Shown here one piece after another: positions 17,643-27,162 of a stretch of 50,886 nt of DNA. The stretch lies in contig JAZDIZ010000196.1 of assembly GCA_043804515.1 (NCBI GenBank), forward strand, positions 1-50,886, written 5' to 3'. Under the pieces are notes generated by a model. The model was not told the origin of the DNA, made no database searches, and saw only the letters and a list, made by a program, of their open reading frames with translations. Made by a program: the position numbers and the translations under genes. This stretch comes from Pseudomonadota bacterium. Its GTDB lineage: Bacteria > Bdellovibrionota_G > JALEGL01 > DATDPG01. How positions within the stretch are numbered: the first letter of the stretch is position 1; the number at the start of each line of letters is the position of its first letter.

Positions 17643-19582
17643 AGCGCTCTCGCGTAGTGATCGTACGTCTGTTTCGATTCAGGGATTTCGCCCAGGGTCT
17701 TCGGATACCCGAATTCTTTCGCCAGCTCCTCGTACACCTGCTCGACACTCAGCGTGTCTTCCACTCCCAGTTTTTGCCGGATGAGCCGCAGCATGGACAT
17801 CGGCTCATACCCTTTCTCGATCAACCGTACCGTCCGGCGAACCGTCTGCACCCGTCCGAATGTGTTTAGATAGGTCCCTTTCTTCTCCAGGCCCGATTCG
17901 AGAGGGAGAACCCACCGGGCGCGCGGGTGGGCCTCGGCCAGCCGGTGGACGGCTTGCACAAAGACGCGCATCCCTCGAAGGTATTCGTCGAAAACCGTCC
18001 CTCCCCGAACCTCGCCGAACCAGAGGACTCCCTGCACTTTTCCACGCTGGATGTCCGCTTCCAGTTCTGCTGTGGGATGAACCGCGGAATCCCATTGGGC
18101 CGCGAGGCCGGCGGCGTTGGCTCCGTTCCAGAGAAGCGAAACCGAAAGCCGCGGGCCACCTGCGCCCCGTGCTTCATCCAGGCATCGAAGGATCGCAGGA
18201 AGCGTCGCCGAATCGACCCATCGATCCGTCAAGAACACGTACGTGAACTCGTCGGCCCTACCCCCCTTGGAAAGTTTCTCGAAAAGGCTTTGAACGGATT
18301 CCGGGTCGCCCGCGACTTCCGTGTGCGATGCCCGGATGTCTTCAAACCCCCTTCGCGCACCCCCAAAGGTCAGAAGGCGGATTTGGTACGCGTGGTACAG
18401 CCTGCGCAAACGAAGCGCCAAAACGGGATGCTCCTCCTCCACCCGTTCGCCCAACAGAAGAACCGTCTTGGCCTGCTCCAACTTCCCGGGGAATCCTCCG
18501 CTCAGGCCTTCACCCGCGAGCTTTCTCGCCAATTCCACGGCCTCTGTCGACAACGGCGCATAGACCTTACCGCCCGCTGCGGCCGCCAGCTTCTTCAAGC
18601 GAAAAAATTCCTCGTTCGTCAGGGAACTCTCGGCCACGAACGCCATGTCTCCGCGCGGGACGCCGCGGATCTCGTCGGCGATCATGGAAGCCACCTGCGC
18701 CGGAGAGGCAAGTGTGGCTCCGTTCCCAGGCTTGTGCGCCGCCGTCAGCCGGTCGGGCGTGATCCGGTGGTGAAGGGAAAACCGCCCCCGGTCGCATAGC
18801 CAGTACTCGTTCACTTCCGGCTCGATCCGGGGAGTCACGCGGAGCAGCTGTGTCTCTTTCTTCCACGCCTGGACGTTGCATCCTAGGCTGCATTCGCCGC
18901 AAATCGTGTCGATCGTCTTCAACTCCCACGGGCGGGCCCGGAAACGGAATTCACGCGTGGTGAGCGATCCGACGGGGCAGATGTCGGCCAGGTTCCCCGT
19001 GAACCCGCTCGTCAATGACGCGCCCTCGGGCACGAAGATCTCGGAATGCACGCCCCGATTCCGGATCTGAAGCTCCTCCCTCCCCGTCAGGTTGCGCAGG
19101 AAGCGGACACAGCGGTTGCAAAGAACGCACCTCTCCGTATCCAGAACGATGTGCTCGCCGATGACCTGGTGTTTCCCCTTTTCGATCTTGTCGAATTCGA
19201 ACCGGCTGTAGGATTGTCCGGCGTCCAACGCGTAGTTCTGAAGCGGGCATTCCCCCCCTTTGTCGCAGATCGGGCAGTCCAGAGGGTGATTGATCAGGAA
19301 GAATTCCAAAACTCCCTTGCGCGCCGTTCTCACCGTTTCCGATTCGCTCGAGACGACGAGGCCTTCTTTGACGGGGACGGTGCAGGAAGTCTGGAGTTTG
19401 GCCACCCCCTCGATCTCCACAAGGCAGAGTCGGCAGCTCCCCTCGATGCCGATCCCGGGGTGATAGCAGAAATGGGGGATCTGAATTCCGGCTTCGATCG
19501 CCGCTTGAAGAAGCGACTTGCCCGCTTCGGAGAGGACTTCCTTTCCGTTGATCGTGAGGCGGACTTTTTTCGTGTCGCTCAT
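17633..19582 (-). CDS. nuoG: NADH-quinone oxidoreductase subunit G
   Basis: [31 protein letters not shown] and CGECSLGC cluster motifs, followed by a molybdopterin-oxidoreductase-like body. Confidence 0.92.
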   Translation of the reverse strand: MSDTKKVRLTINGKEVLSEAGKSLLQAAIEAGIQIPHFCYHPGIGIEGSCRLCLVEIEGVAKLQTSCTVPVKEGLVVSSESETVRTARKGVLEFFLINHPLDCPICDKGGECPLQNYALDAGQSYSRFEFDKIEKGKHQVIGEHIVLDTERCVLCNRCVRFLRNLTGREELQIRNRGVHSEIFVPEGASLTSGFTGNLADICPVGSLTTREFRFRARPWELKTIDTICGECSLGCNVQAWKKETQLLRVTPRIEPEVNEYWLCDRGRFSLHHRITPDRLTAAHKPGNGATLASPAQVASMIADEIRGVPRGDMAFVAESSLTNEEFFRLKKLAAAAGGKVYAPLSTEAVELARKLAGEGLSGGFPGKLEQAKTVLLLGERVEEEHPVLALRLRRLYHAYQIRLLTFGGARRGFEDIRASHTEVAGDPESVQSLFEKLSKGGRADEFTYVFLTDRWVDSATLPAILRCLDEARGAGGPRLSVSLLWNGANAAGLAAQWDSAVHPTAELEADIQRGKVQGVLWFGEVRGGTVFDEYLRGMRVFVQAVHRLAEAHPRARWVLPLESGLEKKGTYLNTFGRVQTVRRTVRLIEKGYEPMSMLRLIRQKLGVEDTLSVEQVYEELAKEFGYPKTLGEIPESKQTYDHYARALWR

Positions 19583-21324
19583 CGGTCGGCCTCCCCCATG
19601 ACCGGATCGATGCTGGCCACCACCGTCACCACATCCGCCACCTTGTGGCCCGGCAATACCTCGCTCAGTACCTGGAGGTTATAGAACGAAGGCGCCTTGA
19701 TCCTCATCCGCCACGCCTTATTCCCGCCGTCGGAGACGATGTAAAACCCGAGTTCCCCTTTCGGCGCCTCGATCGATTCATAGACTTCCCCCGGCGGGGG
19801 CATGAATCCGTTTCCGATGATCTTGAAGTGGTAGATGAGTTCCTCCATCTTCGTGAGCACCTTCTCACGCGGGGGCAGAACCACACCGGGTACATCGGAC
19901 GCGATCGGGCCATCGGGCATCTTCTTCGCCGCCTGGCGCAGGATTTTGATCGACTCGCGCATTTCGATGATCCGCACCATGTACCGGTCGTAGGCATCCC
20001 CCTTGGTGCCCACGGGGACGTCGAAGTCCAGCTCGCCGTAGGAAAGATACGGATGGTCTTTCCGAAGGTCGAACGGCACGCCGGCCGCCCGAAGAATCGG
20101 GCCGGTGACTCCGTATTTTTGGCAAAGCTCCTTGTCGATCAGCCCGATTCCACTGGTGCGCTGCACCCAGATCGTGTTCCGGCTCAAGAGCTTGTCGCAC
20201 TCGTTGATGACTTTCTCCATCCCGTTAAGGGCGGAGAGCAGCTCCTCGAGCCAGCCCGCAGGCAGATCCCGCATCAGGCTTCCGATCCGGGTGTAGCTCG
20301 TCGTCATTCGCGTACCGGTGAGCTTCTCCTGGAGGTTGTAGATCACCTCGCGTTGCTGAAACGTGTAGAAGAATACCGTCGCGGCCCCCAGGTCGACCGC
20401 GTACGTGCCGAAGCTCAGGAGGTGGGCCGAAAGGCGCGCGAGTTCGCAGCAGATCGTCCGGATCATGCTGTTCCGCGGCGTGATCTCGATCCCGATCAGC
20501 TTTTCCACCGCCATCGCGTACGCGACGTTGCTCGCAAGAGCCGCCATGTAATCGAGGCGGTCGGTGTACGGGATGTATTGATGGTAGGTTTTGTATTCCC
20601 CGAGTTTCTCGTACCCGCGGTGGAGATAGCCCACGTGCGGATAGGCCTTCACGATGTCCTCGCCCTCCAGCTCCAGAACCAGCCGGAGCACGCCGTGCGT
20701 GCTGGGATGCTGCGGCCCCATGTTCAGGATCATCGTTTTTTCTTTTGTGGGCTTTTCCTCCGTCGGAACGGGCGGCATGTGGATCTTGGGCGGATACGCC
20801 GTGGCGCGGGAGACCGGATTGATCCTGTGCGACTCCTGGGCCATCTTCTGGACCTGCATCAGGGCCCAGATCACGCCCTCGGGCCTGGGAGGACATCCCG
20901 GCACCATCACGTCCACGGGGATCACCTGGTCCAGCCCCTGCACGACCGGATAACTGTCGAACATTCCTCCCGTGGCCAGACACGCTCCCATCGCCATCAC
21001 CCATTTCGGCTCCGGCATCTGCTCATAGATGCGCCGGACCACGGGCGCCATCTTGTTCGTGAGGGTTCCCGCCACGATCATGAGGTCGGCCTGGCGAGGC
21101 GAAAAACGGAACGCCTCCGACCCGAACCGGGCCACGTCGAACCGTGACGCGACGAACCCCATCATTTCGATGGCGCAACACGAGATTCCCATCGGAAGCG
21201 GCCAAAGCGAATTCTTGCGGGCCCAGTTCACGGCGTCGGCGATCCGGGTCGTGATGATCTCCACGCCGCCTTCTCCCGAAGGTTCTTGAGAGCTGTGCGG
21301 CTTATGGACCGGCAATTCATTCAT
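19579..21324 (-). CDS. NADH-quinone oxidoreductase subunit B-D fusion (no subunit C segment)
   Basis: NuoB part ([21 protein letters not shown]), a short Pro-rich linker, then the NuoD part ([40 protein letters not shown]), all in one 581-aa frame. Confidence 0.9.
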   Translation of the reverse strand: MNELPVHKPHSSQEPSGEGGVEIITTRIADAVNWARKNSLWPLPMGISCCAIEMMGFVASRFDVARFGSEAFRFSPRQADLMIVAGTLTNKMAPVVRRIYEQMPEPKWVMAMGACLATGGMFDSYPVVQGLDQVIPVDVMVPGCPPRPEGVIWALMQVQKMAQESHRINPVSRATAYPPKIHMPPVPTEEKPTKEKTMILNMGPQHPSTHGVLRLVLELEGEDIVKAYPHVGYLHRGYEKLGEYKTYHQYIPYTDRLDYMAALASNVAYAMAVEKLIGIEITPRNSMIRTICCELARLSAHLLSFGTYAVDLGAATVFFYTFQQREVIYNLQEKLTGTRMTTSYTRIGSLMRDLPAGWLEELLSALNGMEKVINECDKLLSRNTIWVQRTSGIGLIDKELCQKYGVTGPILRAAGVPFDLRKDHPYLSYGELDFDVPVGTKGDAYDRYMVRIIEMRESIKILRQAAKKMPDGPIASDVPGVVLPPREKVLTKMEELIYHFKIIGNGFMPPPGEVYESIEAPKGELGFYIVSDGGNKAWRMRIKAPSFYNLQVLSEVLPGHKVADVVTVVASIDPVMGEADR

Positions 21325-21756
21325 GGCGAAACGTCGTTTCTATAAGAAACCCGAGGAGCCGACAACCTATAGGCACCAAAAAAGGAATCCCCGCATGTAT
21401 GGATTCGATCTCCGATCCTCGTGAAAGGTGTCGGATCCAAGCGGCCCACAAAAAGATCGAGGCCGATCCGATACACCGCGGCTCCGTTTCCTTCGAACGT
21501 GGTTTCCGGGACGCGATTGCCGATCAGGAACCCAAGTTACGGTCGGCTTCGCTGATGATGCGTACATGGATCATCCTGAAATCCGCTGTTTCAAACTTTT
21601 CCGAGTAATTCCATCCGCCTCCCGCCCTAAGGTCGCGCAAACAAATGTGTACATTTTTTCATACCTCGGGCGACACTTTTGTTTACGAAATTGAAGGCGT
21701 CCGTTGAAGCCAAAACGTAACTATTGGACATTATTACATAAACGGCCGCGAGAAAC

Positions 21757-21772
21757 CTGGCACGCCACTTGC
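21757..21772 (+). promoter_or_regulatory. Sigma-54 promoter
   Basis: CTGGCACG-CCAC-TTGC, a consensus -24/-12 element ending 17 nt before ATG 21790. Confidence 0.75.
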
Positions 21773-21789
21773 GATCATATTGAAGTGTA

Positions 21790-24045
21790 ATGCGTCGATT
21801 GAAGTTCAATTTAGGGATCGCCCTTACTCTCGCGCTTCTTTGCATCGTAGGTTGCTCGAGCGGAGAGAATCAGGTCATCCTGCACGACTCGCAGGCGCTC
21901 CTGGCCGTAGCCGACGGATCCCGTGTGGATTTCGGGACGGTCGCCCCGGGCACGGTGAGTGAGAAGACCGTCCTCGTCACCAACGCCGGCACCACTACCG
22001 CGACCGAGTTTTCAGTGAATCCGACGACGCTGCCCTCTCCGTTCTCGTTCAAGAGCGGCGTGTTTCCGGGCATCGGCGGATCGTGCCGGATCGGCGGGTC
22101 CATGGATCCCGGACAGATCTGCGTGATCGTCGTTCAATTCGCCCCCGTGCAAGAGGGAACGTATACCCAAGATCTCACATTCGCGTACAACGACGGCGCA
22201 AGCGTCCAAGAGGGGTCCATCGTCCTTACCGCTGCAGCCGCCATCCCGGTTCCTAAGGTGGCGTCGCTCTCCGTAGTCGGCGGATCGCTTGTGGACATTG
22301 GAACGGTCACCCCCGGCGCTTCGCGCGATAAGACGATTTTCATCGCGAACACCGGCACGGGCTCGGCGACTCAATTCACCATCAATATGACCACGCTTCC
22401 GCCGCCGTTTTCATTCAAGGGCGGCGTGTTCTCCGGGGGCGGATCGTGCCAAATGGGCGGGTCGCTTGATCCGGGACAGAGTTGTTCGATCATCGTTCGA
22501 TTCTCCCCGCCGCAACTCGGAACGTACAGGCAAGCTCTGGTCCTCACATACAACGACGGCGCGAACCTCCAGGAGGAGTCATTTTCCCTTGCCGGCACGT
22601 GTGCGCTCTGTGATCCGGACGCCGCGTCTTTCGGCGGCGGCGCCGGAACCACCGGTCTTCCGTACCTGGTCTGCTCGCAGAGCCAGCTTCAAAACATCAC
22701 ATCCCAGCCGGGCAAGGCCTTCCGTCTATTCAAAAACCTGGATCTGGCAAGCGCAAGCTTCGCGCCGATCGGCTCCGCCTCATCGCCGTTCACAGGCACA
22801 TTTGACGGTAATAGCCTCGCAATCGATCACCTGCTGATCCAGGTCACGGACCCGAACGTCGCAACCGGGCTCTTCGGCGCCCTATCCGGCGCCACAGTGC
22901 AAAACCTGACACTCACGAACGTCAGCGTAAGCGGAATCCAGGACGTCGGGGGTATAGCAGGAACAGCTTCGGCAGCCAGCTTGATTAAAAATGTAAGCGT
23001 GACCGGCGCCGTAACGGGCAGCTCATCCCGCTTCGGCGGCCTCGTCGGAAAACTCGTCAACAGCACGATCGACAACTCGCGTGCCACTGTCACGGTCCAA
23101 AACGCAGCGGGACATGCAACGAGCGTCGCGGGCGGCTTGGTCGGCGTGATGCAGCAAAACGCGAACATTACAAACTCTTCCGCCTCCGGGACGGTCTCGG
23201 CCCAGGCTCTCACGGGCGGCTTGGCCGGTGTCATCGACGATCACAGTGCGGTGAGGAATTCGTCAACGAGCGCTTCCGTGAATGCCTCCGGCGGGGCCGC
23301 CGGCGGACTGACGAGCTGGCTCTTGAACGGGAGCATCGTGGACAACGCCTCGGCGAGCGGGGCCGTCACGACCCCTGGCGGCTATGCGGGAGGCCTGGTC
23401 GGGACCGTCCGATACGGAAGCACGATCCAGAATTCGTCGGCGTCCGGGAACGTCACGGCTGGGGCCGACATTGCGGGAGGCCTCGTAGGCTACCTGGGCG
23501 AAAGCACGGTTACCCATTGCCACGCCACCGGAAACGTCGCGGCAGCCGATGTCCGGGTGGGAGGATTCGCCGGGTATGTCCTCGGCGCGAGCACGATCGA
23601 GAAGAGCTTTGCTACCGGTGACGCGGTCGGTTTAATGTCCGTCGGGGGCTTTGCGGGAGGCATCGAAGGTTGGTCCGTGATTAAGAACTGTTATGCGCGT
23701 GGCGCCGCAACCGGAATCGACGACAGGCCGAGCGTCGGAGGTTTCGTGGGCCGGGTCGGATCCGCGGCTTTTGTGAATTCCTATTCGTCAGGTGCCGTGA
23801 TCACCAGGGACCAAGTCGAACTGATGGGAGGATTCGCGGGCGATGCAAACCTGGAGGAGAGAAGCATCACAACGCAGAGTTGCTACTGGGATAGAGAGGC
23901 GAGCGGCCTTTACTGGGATTGGATTCTGAACGCGGCGTTGTTCGGAAAAACGACGGCCCAAATGAAAACCCAGTCCACGTTCGCAGGATGGGATTTCAGT
24001 ACGATTTGGACGCTTCCCTTGAACGGATACCCCATACTTCGCTAG
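21790..24045 (+). CDS. Surface lipoprotein with two tandem Ig-like (choice-of-anchor D / ASH-like) domains and a GLUG-type repeat region
   Basis: Lipobox IVG-C; duplicated ~110-aa unit (VDFGTVAPG...NAGT...PFSFK.G.F.G.GGSC..GGS.DPGQ.C.I.V.F.P); FTGTFDGN; many GG(L/F)(V/A)G repeats; C-terminal GWDFSTIW...YP.L. Confidence 0.8.
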   Translation: MRRLKFNLGIALTLALLCIVGCSSGENQVILHDSQALLAVADGSRVDFGTVAPGTVSEKTVLVTNAGTTTATEFSVNPTTLPSPFSFKSGVFPGIGGSCRIGGSMDPGQICVIVVQFAPVQEGTYTQDLTFAYNDGASVQEGSIVLTAAAAIPVPKVASLSVVGGSLVDIGTVTPGASRDKTIFIANTGTGSATQFTINMTTLPPPFSFKGGVFSGGGSCQMGGSLDPGQSCSIIVRFSPPQLGTYRQALVLTYNDGANLQEESFSLAGTCALCDPDAASFGGGAGTTGLPYLVCSQSQLQNITSQPGKAFRLFKNLDLASASFAPIGSASSPFTGTFDGNSLAIDHLLIQVTDPNVATGLFGALSGATVQNLTLTNVSVSGIQDVGGIAGTASAASLIKNVSVTGAVTGSSSRFGGLVGKLVNSTIDNSRATVTVQNAAGHATSVAGGLVGVMQQNANITNSSASGTVSAQALTGGLAGVIDDHSAVRNSSTSASVNASGGAAGGLTSWLLNGSIVDNASASGAVTTPGGYAGGLVGTVRYGSTIQNSSASGNVTAGADIAGGLVGYLGESTVTHCHATGNVAAADVRVGGFAGYVLGASTIEKSFATGDAVGLMSVGGFAGGIEGWSVIKNCYARGAATGIDDRPSVGGFVGRVGSAAFVNSYSSGAVITRDQVELMGGFAGDANLEERSITTQSCYWDREASGLYWDWILNAALFGKTTAQMKTQSTFAGWDFSTIWTLPLNGYPILR

Positions 24046-24072
24046 CAGGAATCGCGGGCACCTTTTCCGAAG

Positions 24073-24684
24073 CTACCGAAGTTCGGCCACGCATCCTTTC
24101 GGATCGCAGGAAATAAAAAGTAGCGGATGGTTCCTGAACTTCTTTTTTATGGCTCGTACCGGGCCATCATCCGTCAGGAAGACTCCGACCTTTGCCGGAT
24201 CCATTGCCTTCGGATCGCCCCGATCCGGGTTGCCGAACAACGGAACGGAGTATGGTTGCACCGCCGTCCGCACCGTCAGGAATCGTACGGCGTCATCCCC
24301 GTCTCCGTCGCGGCCGGAAAGATGGCTCCGCGTTGTTTCCAAATCGACTTCATGAGCAACTTTGACTTCCAGTGACACGAGACAGGCGGCGGGCAGCGGA
24401 ACCGTGTCACCTTCGAATTTCAGGCGCTCGGACGCCAGGTGCCACTTCCGGCCGTTCTTCGTATCCTCGAACTTGACCGGTAGGGAGACCACGTACCTCC
24501 CTCCCTCGGCTGACAGGCATTCCAACGTCAAGAAAACGGCTATCAGGTGAGGCGTCCTCGCTCCGGAGATCCTTAGTTCCACGTCCGTCTCAAAAGGCCC
24601 CACAACCGGGCCGCTCCACGGCTCGGCGAAAAGCGGTGACGTCGTCAGAAACAGAATCAGCGTGGCGCGAAGAAAATGGGACAA
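24073..24684 (-). CDS. Hypothetical exported protein
   Basis: Signal-peptide-like MSHFLRATLILFLTTSPLFA; fills the gap between neighbours; no recognisable motif. Confidence 0.6.
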   Translation of the reverse strand: MSHFLRATLILFLTTSPLFAEPWSGPVVGPFETDVELRISGARTPHLIAVFLTLECLSAEGGRYVVSLPVKFEDTKNGRKWHLASERLKFEGDTVPLPAACLVSLEVKVAHEVDLETTRSHLSGRDGDGDDAVRFLTVRTAVQPYSVPLFGNPDRGDPKAMDPAKVGVFLTDDGPVRAIKKKFRNHPLLFISCDPKGCVAELR

Positions 24685-24746
24685 CCTGAAACCCCTACGA
24701 TTGATTGAAGTGTACCACAGCTCGCATCCTTCGATCCAGCGGAGTC

Positions 24747-24775
24747 TTGCACCGGGCGGGCAATCCGCCTATAAG
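24747..24775 (+). promoter_or_regulatory. Sigma-70-type promoter, probably giving a leaderless mRNA
   Basis: TTGCAC-17 bp-TATAAG ends 7 nt before ATG 24783; no Shine-Dalgarno sequence. Confidence 0.55.
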
Positions 24776-24782
24776 CAATCCC

Positions 24783-25379
24783 ATGACGTCCCGAACGGTT
24801 CTGGGCATAGCCTCCTCGTTTTTCTTCCTGACATTGAGTGAGCCCGGCTTCGCGGCCGGCGGATCCGCCAAATTGATCGACGGCAGCCTGAGTACCCGCA
24901 GTTATGCTTCGGTCCTGAATTATGAGAACGCGCAATCCAAGTGGGAAGCGTGCGGCAATGTGACGGAAGAAAAGATCGCCGAAACCTTCTGGTATTTGAC
25001 CGGTATCCTTCTGCCCGGTCAGCCGACCAACATCCAGCCACTGGGAATGATGGAACATGGAATCTACAAACGCACGCTGACAATCAACGTGCGCAAAAAG
25101 GCGATCCATGTCCTGCTGGGCGGAGCGGATCCCTCTTTCGTATCTCCCAAGGGCGCTAAGGCCCAGATAGAGTCGAACGTGGACCTAAAAGGTGACCTTA
25201 CGTTTGGAGACGTGGATTCAGACTTTACCTACGGTTATGCGTGCCGTATGTGCAGCGAGAGGCAGATGTTTTGCCGGGTTCTTCGAAACCCGTCTAAATC
25301 TGACAGCCCGCCCGATACGGTGTGGCGTCTCTTTTATAAGGCGCAACCACCCGCAGGCGCGGAAGACCAGAAAAAATAA
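24783..25379 (+). CDS. Hypothetical exported protein
   Basis: Signal-peptide-like MTSRTVLGIASSFFFLTLSEPGFA; four cysteines; promoter directly upstream. Confidence 0.6.
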   Translation: MTSRTVLGIASSFFFLTLSEPGFAAGGSAKLIDGSLSTRSYASVLNYENAQSKWEACGNVTEEKIAETFWYLTGILLPGQPTNIQPLGMMEHGIYKRTLTINVRKKAIHVLLGGADPSFVSPKGAKAQIESNVDLKGDLTFGDVDSDFTYGYACRMCSERQMFCRVLRNPSKSDSPPDTVWRLFYKAQPPAGAEDQKK

Positions 25380-25384
25380 ATCGC

Positions 25385-25741
25385 TTATTTCTGCGACGCG
25401 GCTTTGCGCGCTTCCTCGAGGCGATCCACGGCCCGGCGGAGGTGGGGAATCACGATGGAGCCGCCCACGACAAGGGCGACGTTGAACGCATCGAACATTT
25501 CGGCGTCCGTAGCCCCCTCTTCCACGCAGCGGGTGATGTGGTACGTGATGCAGTCGTCGCAACGAAGCACCATGGACGCGGCCAGGCCGATGAACTCTTT
25601 CGTCTTCACCGGCAACGCACCCTCCGTATAGGCCTGCGTGTCCAAGTTGAAGAAGCGCTTGATCCCCAGATGATCCTCTTCGAGGATTTTTTGGTTCATC
25701 TTCTCGCGGTACTCACGGAATTCTTTGAGACTGTCGGCCAT
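25385..25741 (-). CDS. Carboxymuconolactone decarboxylase / AhpD-like protein
   Basis: GALPVKTKEFIGLAASMVLRCDDCITYH (CxxC..H); GGAGG RBS before ATG 25741. Confidence 0.88.
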   Translation of the reverse strand: MADSLKEFREYREKMNQKILEEDHLGIKRFFNLDTQAYTEGALPVKTKEFIGLAASMVLRCDDCITYHITRCVEEGATDAEMFDAFNVALVVGGSIVIPHLRRAVDRLEEARKAASQK

Positions 25742-25808
25742 TTTCACCTCCCGCTATCCGAAAGGCACTTTAGCCCGGATTATTCAGAAGGCACAATCCG
25801 CCGGAGGC

Positions 25809-26417
25809 TCATTCGTAGTACCTTTGGACGGAAACCACCTTTCCTTGAATGGCCGAGTTTTCGGAAAGGATCTCAATGGATGAAAAATCCGGGTTTTCGG
25901 GGACAAGGCGGACTTTCCCTCCTTTCTTGTAGAAGCGTTTCACCGTGGCCTGCCCGTCCACCAACGCCACGACGATGTCGCCGTGGCGTGCCGTGTTTTG
26001 CTGGCGGGCCACGACCAGGTCGCCGTCGCAGATCCCCGCGCCCGACATGCTTTCGCCGCTCACGCGCAAGGCGAAAAGTTTCTCCTGATTCTTGATCCGG
26101 CTGGGAACCGGGATGGAGCCGAGCGCGAGTTCCACGGCTTCCCTCGGAAGGCCGGCGGCGATCGCCCCCAGGATCGGCACCGATAAGGCCGGAGCCCGGT
26201 GGCGTGAAGCCAGCCGGATCCCCCTCGCCTTTCGCGGATCTTTTTCCAGAAACCCCTTCTGAATAAGGGCCTTCAGGTGATCCTGAACGGTTCCGATCGC
26301 GCTAAAGCCGAATTGGGCACAAATGGCCCGGAGCGTCGGAGAGGAACTCCCCTCGGCTATTTCCCGTTCGATATACGCCAAAATCTTCCGCTGTATCGGG
26401 GTCAGTGACATCACCAT
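25809..26417 (-). CDS. lexA: SOS repressor LexA
   Basis: N-terminal winged HTH (PTLRAICAQFGF...HLKAL..KG), Ala-Gly cleavage site (IAAGLP), catalytic Ser (GESM) and Lys (TVKR). Confidence 0.95.
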   Translation of the reverse strand: MVMSLTPIQRKILAYIEREIAEGSSSPTLRAICAQFGFSAIGTVQDHLKALIQKGFLEKDPRKARGIRLASRHRAPALSVPILGAIAAGLPREAVELALGSIPVPSRIKNQEKLFALRVSGESMSGAGICDGDLVVARQQNTARHGDIVVALVDGQATVKRFYKKGGKVRLVPENPDFSSIEILSENSAIQGKVVSVQRYYE

Positions 26418-26423
26418 ATGTGA

Positions 26424-26738
26424 TTACGCCGCCTCCAATTGCACTTTTAAATTCAACCCGGCGTCCCGGAGTTCGTCCTCCAGGACCAGAGCCACGAATT
26501 GACGAACGGAATATCCCAGAATGTCCGCAAACCGCACCGCGCGTTCAGGTGTAATCTTTCTCCGTCCCTTCTCGATATCGCACAGATGGGCCCGCGAAAT
26601 CCTGAGCTTCCTTGCAAGCTCCGCCTGTGAAAGTCCATCCGCCTTCCGGATGGATTCCAGCATCCGCCCGAACGTAAGCGGACCGCCCCGTACGGACTCC
26701 AAGAATCGCTTCGCTTCGCTCTTCGACTTAGTAGTCAT
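26424..26738 (-). CDS. XRE-family HTH antitoxin (HigA-like)
   Basis: LSQAELARKLRISRAHLCDIEKGRR HTH; overlaps the upstream toxin gene. Start placed at ATG 26738. Confidence 0.8.
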   Translation of the reverse strand: MTTKSKSEAKRFLESVRGGPLTFGRMLESIRKADGLSQAELARKLRISRAHLCDIEKGRRKITPERAVRFADILGYSVRQFVALVLEDELRDAGLNLKVQLEAA

Positions 26739-27012
26739 GTTTCGATACTTCTTCGACGCTCGCCATTTCGACCGTTCCTTCCCTGAAGACGACATAGATC
26801 GCGCGATAGCTCCGGCTCAACCGTATTGACCGTTCCCCTGTCCTCGAACCGTGCAAGGGCTCGTCATGATATCCCGGCAGCTTTCGGACTTCCTCCAACC
26901 CGTTGCGTTCCACGGCATCGACCCACGTCTCCAATTTGTCGACCACGTGACCGGGCACTTTCCAGAGGTCTTTCCGCACCCTCTTGGAAAGACGCACGAT
27001 TTTAATCGACAT
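26728..27012 (-). CDS. RelE-superfamily mRNA interferase toxin (HigB-like)
   Basis: 94 aa, basic; HDEPLHGSRTGERSIRLSRSYRAIY matches the RelE/HigB pattern; toxin-before-antitoxin order. Confidence 0.8.
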   Translation of the reverse strand: MSIKIVRLSKRVRKDLWKVPGHVVDKLETWVDAVERNGLEEVRKLPGYHDEPLHGSRTGERSIRLSRSYRAIYVVFREGTVEMASVEEVSKHDY

Positions 27013-27017
27013 TACGG

Positions 27018-27046
27018 ATTGTACCCCAGATTGGGGTACGCCTCAA
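27018..27046 (-). promoter_or_regulatory. Promoter of the toxin-antitoxin-lexA operon with operator palindrome
   Basis: Minus-strand TTGAGG-17 bp-TACAAT ends 5 nt before the toxin ATG; GTACCCCA-N3-TGGGGTAC at 27021-27039. Confidence 0.7.
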
Positions 27047-27126
27047 GTTAACACAACATCTTCCCCAAGTACTTGAAAGAAAGGGCCGACAATAACGCTT
27101 CCTTCGCAAACAAGCCGGCTTAAGGC

Positions 27127-27156
27127 TTGATACCATACATTTGTATGGTATATGCT
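27127..27156 (+). promoter_or_regulatory. imuA promoter with candidate LexA (SOS) box
   Basis: TTGATA-18 bp-TATGCT; ATACCATACA-TT-TGTATGGTAT (10-bp arms) at 27130-27151 covers the spacer. Confidence 0.7.
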
Positions 27157-27162
27157 CCCCGC

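Noticed and set aside
19645-21147. 500-aa plus-strand ORF
   Set aside because: Antisense shadow of the nuoB-D fusion.
21427-21477. Hairpin GGTGTCGGATC...GATCCGATACACC in the nuoBD/lipoprotein spacer as a riboswitch or sRNA
   Set aside because: I see no riboswitch consensus, and a single imperfect stem is expected by chance at this GC content.
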